DNA from: Camelus ferus | Lineage: Eukaryota | Assembly: GCF_009834535.1 (NCBI RefSeq) | Contig: NC_045697.1 | Location: 12,526,001-12,590,000, forward strand | Length of the DNA: 64,000 nt | Direction: 5' to 3' | Shown here: one piece after another, positions 12,501 to 23,942 of the stretch | How positions within the stretch are numbered: position 1 is the first letter of the stretch | Layout: every line of letters begins with the position of its first letter | Translations under genes and position numbers: made by a program | The notes under the pieces: model-generated | Seen by the model: the letters and a program-made list of their open reading frames with translations, nothing else | Databases searched by the model: none | Told to the model about the DNA's origin: nothing

Positions 12501-14120
12501 AATAGAAACAACAAGAAAGTAGGGGTAGCAGTACACATATCAGACAAAATAGACTTTAAGACAAGAGCTATAACAAAAGTCAAAGAAAGGCATTGTATCA
12601 TGATAAGGGATCAATACAAGAAGTGGACATTACACATTTTAACATATATGCACCCAATATAGGAGCACATAAATATATAAAGCAAGTACTAACAGATATA
12701 AAGGGAGAAACTGACAATAATACAATAATAGTAGGGGACCTTAACACCCCACTGACATCAATGGACAGATCATACAGACAGAAAATAAGTAAGGCAACAG
12801 TCGTCTTAAATGACAAAATAGACCAGTTTAAATTAGTAGATACCTACAGGCCATTACATCCAAAAATAGCAGAATAGCAGAATACATTTTTTTTTCCAAG
12901 TGCACATGGAATGTTCTTCAGGATAGAGTACATGCTAGGCCCCAAAACGAGTCTCAATAAATTTAAGAAGATAAAAATCATATCAAGCATTTTTCCAACC
13001 ACAATGGTATGAAACTAGAAATCAATTACAGAAAAAAAGGGAAAACGTGGAGACTAAACAACATGCTGCTAAAAAAAACAAAAACAAAACAAAAACAATG
13101 GGTTGATGAAGAAATCAAAGAGGAAATCATAAAGTACCTTGAAACAAATTAAAATAGAAGCACAACTATTCAAAATCTATGGGATGAAGCAAAAGCAGTT
13201 CTAAGAGAGTTCATAGTGATACAGGCCTTCCTCAAGATAATCTCAAATAAACAACCTAACTTATCACCAAAATGAATTGGAAATAGCAGAATAAACAAAG
13301 CCCAAAGTAAGCAGAAGGAAGGAAATAATAAAGATCAGAGTGGAAATAAATAAAATAGATTTTTAAAAATAATTTAAAAATTCAATGAAACCAAGAGCTG
13401 GTTTTCTGAAAAGATAAAGAAAATTGATAAACATTCAGCCAGGTTCACTAAGAAGAAAAAAGAGAGGACCCAAATAAACAAAATAAGAAATGAAAGAGGG
13501 GAAATAACAACCAATACCACAGAGGTACAAAAACTCATAATACCACAAACAGTTAAATGCTAACAAGTTGGACAACCCAAAAGAAATAGACAAGTTTCTA
13601 GAAACACAAAATCTGCTAAGACTGAATTAAGAAGAAACAGAATATTTGAAAAGACTGAACACTAGTAGTGAAACTGAATTTGTAATTATAAAACTCCCAG
13701 CAAACAGAAGTCCAAGACTGGACAATTTCACAGCAGAATTCTACCAAACATATAAAGAAGAGCTAATACCTATCTTCACAAACTATTCCAAATATTGAAG
13801 AGGATGGAACACTCCCAAATTCATTTTACAAGGCAATCATTACCCCAATACCAAAATGAAAGACACTGCAAAAAAGAGAATCACAGGCCAATATCTTTGA
13901 TGAATATAGATGCAAAAATCCTCAACCAAATATTAGCAAACCAAATACAACAATATATAAAAAGGATCATACACCATGATTAAGTTGGATTTATTCCAGG
14001 GATGCATGGACGGTTCAGTATTTGCAAATCAATCAGTGTGTACACCATCTTAACAAAAAGAAGGATAAAAATCACATGATCACCTCAATAGACTCAGAAA
14101 AAGTACTTGACAAAATTCAA
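9590..14120 (+). mobile_element. Relatively young L1 with 5' UTR, ORF1 remnant (~10980-11860) and ORF2 endonuclease/early RT remnant (~12324-14120); 3' half missing; both ORFs disrupted
   Basis: 5' end 'gggagatcgatcaagatggaggagtag'; ORF track peptides NIYAPNIGA, TIIVGDLNTPLTSMDRS and [14 protein letters not shown] are L1 ORF2 motifs. Confidence 0.95.
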
Positions 14121-14194
14121 AATTGGGATGTTATTATCTCCTGATTGTATAAGTAACAAATGAGTGAATTAATAGTGCCTGGTTCATAGTTCTT

Positions 14195-14391
14195 TTTTCT
14201 TTTTCTTTTTTCTGTTGAGTTGTAGAAGTTCCTTATATGTTTTATTTTATTTCATTTGGGGGGGGTGGTGGGGTGCGAGGTAATTAGGTTTACTTATTTA
14301 TTTATTTTTGGAGGAGGTACTGGGGGTTGAACCCAGGACCATGTACATGCTAAGTATGTGCTCCATCATTTGAGCTATACCCTCCCCAACC
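14195..14391 (-). mobile_element. tRNA-derived SINE (camelid Vic-1-like) with TSD catagttctt
   Basis: Minus strand 'ggggagggtatagctcaaatgatggagc...ggtcctgggttcaacccccagtacctcctccaaaaataaataaataagtaaacctaattacc' has A/B-box-like motifs; TSD at 14185-14194 and 14392-14401. Confidence 0.8.
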
Positions 14392-15019
14392 CATAGTTCT
14401 TATAATTTCACTCTAGTGAGCTCTTAGTTTCCTCTTCAATGCTATTTTCTTTCAGTGAGACAGTTGAACTGAGTCACAGTATTGCCATGTATTGTAAACA
14501 GCTCAGCTTCGTTACTGGGCTTAGGTGAATAAAAAGAATTTATTAGCATGCTTTGTGAACCTTGTATGGGATCCATTAAGCAAAAGGAACATAATATGCA
14601 AGATAATTCATCTTCATTATACTGCAGTAGGTGCGAAACATGTATCTAGAACACCTAAGTATACTAATGTGTAATATATTTCAACGAACTCCAGCATTTT
14701 ATGTGTGTATCTTTAGAGTCAGAGAGACTTCTTTTGGGCACCTTGAGATTATGACAAAGTGTTAGAAATTGTGGACAACAATCTGGATTTAATGAACTAT
14801 GTTTCTGTCTTCTGATTTTGGTAATTCCTATGAAAGGGTCAGTATTTCTTATTTATTGAGCATGTAGTATTTTTTTTAATTGTTAGGATACCATTTATTT
14901 TAGTCTGCTCTGCACTGGAGAATGCTCTGATCAATTCCTGAATCATCATGCCAGGTATTTTCATTGTATGTAGGACCTTCAAACTTGTAGGGCCAAGGTC
15001 ATCTGTGGGCAAACCCTAT

Positions 15020-15530
15020 GACCACCAATGGCTTCCCAATCTACATCTCCAGTCTACCTCTCTTTTGTGAGTTCTAGGTTGAATCTATAATTATCCACTT
15101 AATATTTTTGCTTGGATATCCCCCAACACATTCAAACTTCATTTTCCCCAAGCCAAATTTATTATCTTTTTTGCAAACTCAACTTCTTCTCTTAGCTGAT
15201 TTGTAGAATACACCATCTATATAATGCCTGAATTCATACTCATCTTTTTATTCCTTTTGCCATTGTCCTAATTCAGATCCTCATCATGTGTGTCTTTGGC
15301 CACTGTGGTAGCCTGTCAACCACTTCTTACTTTCCAGTCTTCCTTTCCTTGAATCTACTCTACTCACAGATTAACCTGAACAATTTTTATAAATGACAAA
15401 TCGGATCATACTTTCAGTTATTTCCTGTTGTTCACTAGGTAAATTCCAAACATTTTAGCATGAAGTGTAAACACGCGCACAATCTGTACCTAACACTTCT
15501 TTCCATGCATGTCTTCTGCCACGTCCCTGA
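15020..15530 (+). mobile_element. L2 LINE fragment
   Basis: 'ggcttcccaatctacatctccagtct...ttccagtcttcc...aaatcggatcat...aaattccaaacattttagcatg'. Confidence 0.65.
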
Positions 15531-15714
15531 CCTTAGAGGGGTGCATCAGGTATCACTAGAGCATATCAAAAGGGCACCTTACACCAGTGGAGGGTCTCCC
15601 TGGAGGACATGATGTCTGTGTTGAGTTAACAGGGTAAACAGGAGAGAGGCCCTGTAATGAGATGTATGCTACAAACTGTAATTATTTGTTTACATTGTTA
15701 AATAGCATTCATAG

Positions 15715-16215
15715 TGTTACCAGTCCAAACTTGTTCGCATGTCTCACAACAGGCCAGTAAATCAGCAGAAGAGGTTTGGGGGCAAGGAATAACAACTTTA
15801 TTTGGAAAGCCAACAGACCAAGAAGATAAGGGACTAATATCATAGACTTCCATCTTACCCAAGCCAGAATTCAGGCTCCTTTTATACTAAACAGGGGTGG
15901 GGATGTGATTGGTTGTTGCAAACTTCTTGGTGTCAGAATCCTTTGTTCTTCAAGCTGTCCAGTAGGTCAGGTCACAAAGCTCCTGTGAACCTCCAACAAG
16001 ACAAATATTATTTCTCTGTTCTGCAACTTTTTATCCTACATGAAAGGAAAAGTGTTATATCCTTAAAGGTCAAAGCCTTGAGAATGGGCTGTCCTGCATA
16101 TTTCAGGCAATAGGCAACAGTCTTTTACAAAAGGTGCAGAACCAGCATGACTAAGCACAGGAAACAGAGCACAGGGTTAGAGCTAAAGGAACAGCTCTTA
16201 TTCTTCCCTATTACA
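15715..16215 (-). mobile_element. ERV1-class solo LTR
   Basis: TG...CA ends, antisense polyA signal (tttatt near 15797) and antisense TATA-like (ttttata), 4-bp TSD atag/atac. Confidence 0.8.
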
Positions 16216-16236
16216 ATACTAGGAAGCCTCATTTTT

Positions 16237-17000
16237 TCCACATCTTTATTGAGGTGTAATTGGGTTACAAAAAACTACACATAATTAATGAATACGATTT
16301 GGTGAGTTTGGACTTAAGTATATACTTGTGTTATTACCATCACCATAATTAAGGCAATAAACATTTCCATTACCTTTAAAAGTTTCCTTGTGTCCCTTTT
16401 TTGTATTAAGAACACAATGTGAAATCTACCCTCTTAAATTTTGAAGTGCACAATACCTTATTGTTAACTGTAGGCACAATGTTAAGCAATAGATCTCTAG
16501 AACTTATTTATCTTGTGTCACTGTAACTTTATACCCGTTGACAACAACTCTTCATATCCCACTCTCCTGTCTCTTGGTAATTTTCCTTCTGTTGTCTGCT
16601 TTCATGCTTTTGACTATTTTAGATACCTAATATAAGAGGAATCATGTAGTATTTGTTCTTCTTTGACTGACTTATGGCGAAATTGAAACTCTCGTACACT
16701 GTTGGTGGGAATGTAAAATGGTGCAGCCATTATGGAAAAATCTGTGAAGAGTCCTCAAAAAATTAAAAGCAAAACTACTATATAATCCAGCAATCCCTTC
16801 CGAGTATATATCCAAAAGGATTGAAAATCAGGATCTTGAAGAGATACTTGCACTCCGATGTTCATTGCTGCCTTATTCACAATAGTCAGCTTATGGAAAC
16901 AATCCAAATATCCATGGACAGATGAATGGATAAAGAGATTATGGTATATACATATAAAAAAGGAGATCCTACCCTATGTGACAATAGGGATGGACCTGGA
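16237..17000. mobile_element. 5'-inverted (twin-primed) L1MA-type insertion: 3' UTR on minus strand 16237-16675, upstream L1 segment on plus strand 16676-17000
   Basis: Orientation switches at 16675/16676; TSD-like aggaagcctcattttt (16221) / aggaagcttcactttt (17001). Confidence 0.85.
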
Positions 17001-17169
17001 AGGAAGCTTCACTTTTCTAATTTTTCCTAATTTTCATAAGTACTCATTTTAGTTGCTCTTTCTCTCTGTCAGACTATTCCAATTTTAAATGCCTTGGAGA
17101 ATCTCTCTAGTCTAGTAGGATCCTCCTTATGGGATACAGGTATTTAGTGTTAGAGCCCAAGTTGCGTTA

Positions 17170-17690
17170 TCTTTTCATTCAACACATAGTTGCTGAGTGT
17201 GTAGAAGTGCCAGGCATTGTACTACTTGCTGAAGATTTAATGGATAATAATGCTTCCATCGTCCCTGCCTTAATGGAACTTACAGTCTATGTGGGGAGGC
17301 TATTAGGAGCTCAGGATAAAGAATGCTAGGAAATAACAAATTTTAACTAATGTGATGGTGGGCACAAGAGGTTTCTTTGAAGAGGTGACACTGAACCTGA
17401 GATCTGAAGAATGAGATTGGTTTGTGGAGAAGAGCATTACTGGAGGGATTAACATGTATTAAGATTTGCGGAAGTGAGTGTGGTATGTTTGATGAGGAAT
17501 GAAAGGAGCCAGTACGACTGGAGTATGCACTGGGGAAGTGCTGGGGGAATGATCTTCACTTTTAGGCACTCTTCCTGGCTACTACATTCAGAATAGACAA
17601 ATGGAAGACAGGCAGGGGAACAGGGAGATCAGTTAGAAGGTTGTTGTAGTGGTCTAGGTTAGAGTTGATAGTGGACTGGATAACTGAGAC
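17170..17690 (-). mobile_element. L2 LINE 3' fragment
   Basis: 'ttcattcaacacatagttgctgag...gtgccaggcattgt...gtccctgccttaatggaacttacagtcta...gaggtgacactgaacctgagatctgaaga'. Confidence 0.75.
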
Positions 17691-18289
17691 ATTAATAAAA
17701 CAATCAGCGTCCATTTTGTCCCAGGCTTTTTGCCAGGGGTTTACATATGACAGGGTACCATCACTACCCATAAGGAACAAATCCTTTAGAAGAGGAGAAA
17801 GACTCAAAAACATCTCTTATAAGTCACACATGCTATATTAGCAGCATGAAAAATGAGCTGCAGTGACTCAGAGAAAGGAAGGGTCATCCCTGCTGTAGCT
17901 ACAATCAGCAGGCTTCGTGGCGGCAACGGCAGTAGCTGGGTCGTGGTCTCCAAGGTTGATAAGAGTTCACAGGTCGCACAAAGGTGTGAGAAACGTTCCC
18001 TGCTGTTGTCTTCTGTGGTAGGTGGCTGGAATTGAGGGCAAGTTCTCAGATCTTGGTTCTGAAGACCTGGAAACAGGCAGCAAAAGTTTGCAAAATGTGG
18101 CCAGTTGTCTGTCTTTCACAGTTTAGTTCTTCTCAGCTTCAAGAGTAACAGATTTTGCCTGCCTTCTGATCTTTTCCATTTTCCTTACTTGACATAGTCA
18201 TTGGCAAAGAGACCACTGCTAATGAAGTGGAGCTGACTTCATAACCCCTGATGATTTGGTGTGCTATTTTATGGCTTAAGTTTCCACTT

Positions 18290-18595
18290 TGTTTGGATGA
18301 GACCCAAAACAAAGAGTTGACTACTTCTGGTGATTAAAAGCTCCCTTGATGATTTTTAAAAGGGATTGTTCAAAGCTTTTAGTGCTGTAGAGAATTATAC
18401 TTTGCTTCCCTAAAACTCCTCCAGCAATTGCGCATGGACGTGGCAGTCTTTCTTTCCTGCCGCCCTGCGCTACAGAGAATTTCTTTTTAAGATTAGCAGC
18501 CTTTTAGTAGGAGGTTAAATATCCTATATGTGTAATTTATAAAGCACTTGAGCTTTTTGTATGAAAGCATATTGGAAAGGTAAAATTATTATTAC
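18290..18595 (+). mobile_element. AmnSINE1 relic (Deu-domain ancient amniote SINE); may extend 5' to ~18195
   Basis: Collinear blocks matching the recalled consensus: ggatgagacccaaaac, tgactacttctggtgattaaa, aattatactttgcttccctaaa, cctatatgtgtaatttataaagcact, atgaaagc...aaattattatt. Confidence 0.72.
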
Positions 18596-19266
18596 TTATA
18601 TTGTTATTAGCTTATTTTTTTCCTGTTCTTGTATGAGACATTAGTTTCTGAGTTAAGAATTCAGAGAACTGTTGATCATAAAGATAAGAAATAGATTGGA
18701 CCACCATGAAAATTAGGGATGATCTGCCTGAGTAGTGCATGATGTTTGTTTTTCCTTGAATGATATTTTTTGGTAAGTGTTGTGTCAATATTTTTTCTCA
18801 GTTTTTTATATAGACAGTATCCTGTAAATGGTGAGTTACTCACACACACAAACAGACACAGACACACACATACACACAAAATACCTAAACCAAATAAATA
18901 CAATACCAAAATACAAATTATTTGAAACATCTATCTCACTTCTGCCCCCATACATCTAACAAATAAATAGCTGAATTATGTAATTGGAATTTTGATGTTT
19001 TTAATTAAGATACAGAAAGAAAATAATGAACTTTTGCCTCTCTGATTTCCATCAAAGAGCTTGTCCTAGATATTGGTACCCTGTCCAGCTTTAGAAATTC
19101 AGTATGCCTGGGGGGGTAGGAAAGAGAATGGGAGCATAATACAAAGTTTGATTAATGTTTTAATCCCTTTAGGATAAAAAAATAATGGGTTAAATCAATT
19201 TTTTTTCAATTATTGTCACATTAATTAAAACATTCTAAGGTCTTTTAGATATATGTTTTGTATATT

Positions 19267-20137
19267 TATATTAGGATTAGAATTGACTGTATACAACAGA
19301 AAAACACCAAATAACAGGGACTTAAGTAAGAAAGAAGTTTAGTTTTCAAGTAAAGTAGGATTTGATGCAGGTAGGTGTGGTCAGGACACTGAAGATGGCT
19401 GTTCTCTTGCTCTCTGTGCATCCCCTGCTCAACTAGTGCCTGCTTCACCTACACCCAATTCATGGGACTGACCTTCCTACATAATTGCCCCATCCCCCGG
19501 CTAGTGACTGTTCTTATCAAAGGGTCAGTTAGGGGTGTGCCCCTCTGCTGGTTTCCCTGGTAACCAATGAGCCAGCCTGACTTCAATTCCCCCTATAACT
19601 GGTAATCTCCTCTACCCACCAGGAGTAAATAAAGACTGCCACCATGCCCTGTCTGCCATCCCCGCATGTGGTGGAGTCGTTCCGGGACCTTGCTTCAGAC
19701 ACGTAATCTCCCCCTGTCCATTAAACCGTTGACGTCTCTGGGCTCTTTCTTTGGTCTTGAAGCTGGGCAAGTATCAGTCGTGTAGACCTGTGAGGTGCAG
19801 CCCAACAATAGGGCTGCAACCCTACCTGGTTATTGTTTGCTCCCTGTTTATTGGGGCTCTAGGCTCCTTCGTCTTGTTGCTCTGTCATCCATAGCAGGTT
19901 GTTGCCTCTAGGTTCAAAATGGACATCATGTTTTCAGCCAATATATTAGATTTTCTGTTTATATTTTATCTATACTTCATTTTATATTCAGGAATTAGTC
20001 ACACAATGGGGAGCCAGCTGAAAGGGAGACTAAGCAATATAGTTTTTGTGACAATGTACCCAGCCAAAATTTATTTTCTTACATTTAAGGACGATAGGGA
20101 GAATGGTATCAGAAGCCGGTTGGCAGTTTCTGTCACA
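19267..20137 (-). mobile_element. Old MaLR LTR (MLT1J/K-like) interrupted by a nested LTR
   Basis: 'attaggattagaattgactgtatacaacagaaaa...cttaagtaagaaagaagttta' start and 'ggcagtttctgtcaca' end. Confidence 0.6.
19376..19807 (+). mobile_element. ERVL-class solo LTR (MER54/MER73/MER74 group) nested in the MLT1 element
   Basis: TG...CA ends, CCAAT and tataa boxes, attaaa polyA signal, terminal 'gtgaggtgcagcccaaca'; 5-bp TSD gtagg/atagg. Confidence 0.8.
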
Positions 20138-21297
20138 GTATTCATTTTGGCTTGATTTGAATCTTTTTTTCCCCCTGAAGATGGAGAACTTGACTTGGTT
20201 TATATTTGGCTGATTTTATTGGGTGTAATGGATGTGGTGTGGTGCAGTGGAATGAGTACTGGAGTACTAGTTTCCACTTCCAGCCCAACATGACATTCGG
20301 CTTCAGTATTTCACTCTAAGTAGGGAGGTTTGTACTGTAGGCCCTCTAGGAATTCTTTCAATTTTTATTCCGTTATCTTTCCCAAAGTTTTACAACAAAA
20401 GTAAGTATGTATATTTATATACACACATTTGTATCTATATGACGCATAATTTAAAACCTGTTTCTACAGAAATAAAAGATGTACACATGACCACATTAGC
20501 AGAATGACTTAATTTTTTTTTCAATTTTTACATCTCTTGCTCTTAATAAAAACAACTGGAACTCGCATGGAAGTTAAAAAGCTGAAAGACAAGTTGTCCT
20601 CATTCAAACTGGAAGTCAACTTTTCATCCCAAAGAATAGGCCCCTCTGACATTTTTCATGTTTCCATTACTGTTGTGTTTTACTCATCACTGTCTATAGA
20701 AACACATGACCTGTCAGAATTGGAAGCTCTGTCCTTAAATATGTGATTGACAGAGTCCCTGATACTTTGGAATGCCTGAGTATATTAATGCTGGTCTTCT
20801 TAGGAAATAATAATATGGATAATTGCATGCTCTGTCTCTTGTTTCCTATTCATTTTCAACTGATCTGTGATTCTTTGTCCTAGGGCAGCTGCTATGCAGC
20901 ACTAGGTAACTCTTCCAGGGGGAATTGCTATGTGCTGCTTGGTGGCTGCACAGGTCACACAGGTGTCCCCTTGAGGACACTGGGCAGCTATTCCTTTTCT
21001 AAAGTGTCCCAGTATGTTTTTATCAGAGTGATTCTGATGACATTAATGTTTCTAAAGAGAGTTAATAAAAAAAAGCAAAACAAAACAACAATAACAACAA
21101 CAACAAAAATATTACCTGCATTTTCTTCCTAACTGTTGTAATGTTTAATCCTAAGAGGGGAGAAAAACCATAGAATGCTGTCATCCCTTTCAAATCCTAG
21201 ATGGAATAAGGCGAAGGTACAAATAAACCAACAAAATGAGTAAAACTACTTTTTTTATGTAGTTGAAGCAAAAAAGATTATTGATCAGTTAGATAGT

Positions 21298-21377
21298 TTA
21301 GGTTGAACCATATGAAATGGCGATTTTTGTAGGTCCAAAAGGATTGGATACAGGCAATTCCTAATGGTTCAACCTAA
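21298..21377. mobile_element. MADE2 mariner-derived 80-bp palindromic MITE
   Basis: Terminal inverted repeats ttaggttgaaccat...atggttcaacctaa, 80 bp long, followed by TA. Confidence 0.9.
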
Positions 21378-21431
21378 TAGTGGTTTCTGTTCTGCTTATA
21401 CAATAGAAATCATTGACCTTAAAACTAACCC

Positions 21432-21483
21432 TTTGACACAACTTTGTAAAATGATTATAAATCAATAAAAAAAGTTAAAAAAA
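21432..21483 (+). mobile_element. Extremely 5'-truncated L1 3' terminus with polyA
   Basis: 'tgacacaactttgtaaaatgattataaatcaataaaaaaagttaaaaaaa' flanked by aaaactaa on both sides. Confidence 0.6.
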
Positions 21484-22281
21484 AAAACTAATACTTTTTG
21501 AAATTTCTCCTTAGCAACATGTTTCCCTTGTAAAAGCATTTGGTTATTTGGTGATATTTTTAAATTCAAGGAAATATATATTTGTTATTGGTATTAAAGT
21601 AATATAGTTGAAAAAAATCTACCCACAAACACACTGTTCTTACATAACTATTTTATTTTCTATATTTCTTTCCCAACTTTATCCACATATTATATTGATA
21701 ATTTCCAAGGTAAAAAAATTTTGTATTTAAACCATACTTTTAAAAAGACTGCATAGATTTTTAAAAATTCAAATAAAGCCTCTCTGATCTTTAAATTTCT
21801 GAATCCATAAATGAACACACAGTACAATGGAGCTGAAACAAAGCCTTTACATAATGAAATCTGCTAGGATCTTTATTGTGGAAAATGACACCCTCTGATA
21901 GTCTCCAGTACTCTCCAAAGGCAAAAATAAATTTTACAAATTATCTTAACGAGCTGAGGGACATACGTTTCCATCAGGAATGATTGAGCAGCCACACAGT
22001 CAAGCCTGGGCGATTTGGGAGGAAACAAGATTCCTTCCCCCTCTTTGCTTGGAGATGACCCCTTCCAATGCCCCTGTCCATGGTCTGGAAGTCCTCAAGC
22101 AATTCTCCAGCTTGGGTTACCTCTTTCCAGGATTAAGGAAGATAAGGGGCACAGAACAAAAAGTGACAGGGAGGGCCAGGAAGGAGTAATTGTGGGGCTC
22201 ATTGTGACTTGTTATTTCGTGACACTCCAGGGAACGCTGGCTGTGTCTGCTTTGGATGGCCGTGACCTCTTTTGGCTGTAG

Positions 22282-22338
22282 AGATCCTGACACCACCAGC
22301 TTCTACCTGCTGGCTTCAGGGGACTGGAACCTTATAAG
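22282..22338 (+). other. Candidate 57-nt cassette exon
   Basis: Acceptor 'ctcttttggctgtag', donor AAG|gtaaat, one open frame (DPDTTSFYLLASGDWNLI); protein not recognised. Confidence 0.2.
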
Positions 22339-23359
22339 GTAAATGCTAAGTGCCCCAGGTAGCCGACGTCTGACCTGGGTGGTTACTATGGAACCATTTG
22401 CCCAGCTGGTTACTAAGACAGGGAGGAGGAAAGAGAGGAAGAAAATTAGTCCAGGATGCAGAGCCCCTCCCCCTTCACTCTGGCTTCATTATGCTTTCAA
22501 ATTTTAGATTCTGACCTGAGAAATAAAGTAATTCTCTAAAAACTAGGAATCCTCCGGATGTAAATAAAAGGTCCCGAATGGCATTTTAGTTTTTTTCCTG
22601 AATTGATACGCAAATTTCTAATTTACTTAAAGCACACTGTCATGCATTATAATAAAGTCTAATACATGCTTCCATGTAATTATGCGTAATAACTAGTGAT
22701 CAGTGGGAGGAGAGGAGGGGAGAGGGGAATTGTGTTTCCAGCTGGCCCTCCACACCTGCAAATAACAGACAACTCCTTTCAGTGTAGAGGAAACAAGATA
22801 ATGACAGTATGATATTAAATACAAACATTAATTCTTGGGAACAAAACATAAGGAAGAGGTCTATCAATTAAAATGTGTGATAGTGAGCAACTTAAATTAC
22901 ATTCTGCACCATCTTAAAGAAAAATAAGGACTAAGCAGAATGAAAACCTTAATTTGTTATTTACTGCAACATTTCTGATGCCATTATTTTTATTTTCCTT
23001 TTTGAATAAAAATATATGTGGGCCACTTGAATCCTATGTTGAGTTCCACTCTTCATGCTTATTTGGTTTGATTTAAGAGTCAAATTGCAATAGTGTTCTC
23101 TCTTGCTCTCTGAAAGGACAAGTCAGATTTTAGAGAGAAAAATCTCAGGAGCTCAGTGAAGACTCAGGTTGTAAGGAAACCAAACAATCTAAGAAATACT
23201 TCATGAACAGGAAAGTACAATCCCAATGTAAGAGAATGTTATTGTCCTGGCTGCTGTCAATGCAAGCTTTGTTATATGAGAGGTATAGAGAGGCATTTGC
23301 AGAAAGAATTTCTTAACATGTAGACGTGCATTTCCGTGTGTGAGGCAGTTTAACATAGA

Positions 23360-23600
23360 GATTAGGATTTTTCTAGTCATTCTGATTTGGTTTTGCTTCC
23401 TAGCTCTATTAATTATTAGCAGTGTGATCTTGGGCATGTTACTTAAGCTTCTCTAAGCCTCAGTTTCCACATCTGTAAAGCAGGAATAAAAATAACTTTA
23501 ACTACTTGATAGCATTTTTGTAAGAATCATTTTTGTGAAATAACATATCTGTTATATACCAGGCTTAATTCTTGGGATCTATAGATGGTGCTTGTAAATA
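23360..23600 (+). mobile_element. MIR SINE
   Basis: 'tagcagtgtgatcttgggcatgttacttaagcttctctaagcctcagtttccacatctgtaaa'. Confidence 0.8.
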
Positions 23601-23894
23601 AATAATTTATTTGTCAATAAAGAATCTATTTTATAAGAATAATCATTTATATCAGAATGCAGGTTCTCCATGTTGGTTTATATGCATCAGAGGAAATGGT
23701 GGATCAATAGACTCCATGGGCTGCAAAAGTTTCTGGTGCATGTTTACATGTATCGTGGTATAGAGTAGTCAAGAATGAATGTCCACGTAGAGCAAAACAG
23801 GAGCCAGGTAGTCAAGGATTCAATTCTAGCCTTTTCACTTACTAATTCTATGATCTTGGGCACATTGGTTAACTTCTCTGGGTTACTCAGAGGG

Positions 23895-23936
<42 letters not shown>

Positions 23937-23942
23937 TCTATC
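23895..23942 (+). repeat. Compound tetranucleotide microsatellite (TCTG)n(TCTA)n
   Basis: Directly visible. Confidence 0.95.

Noticed and set aside
14310..14390. tRNA gene
   Set aside because: It is the tRNA-derived head of a SINE with an A-rich tail and TSDs, not a complete cloverleaf
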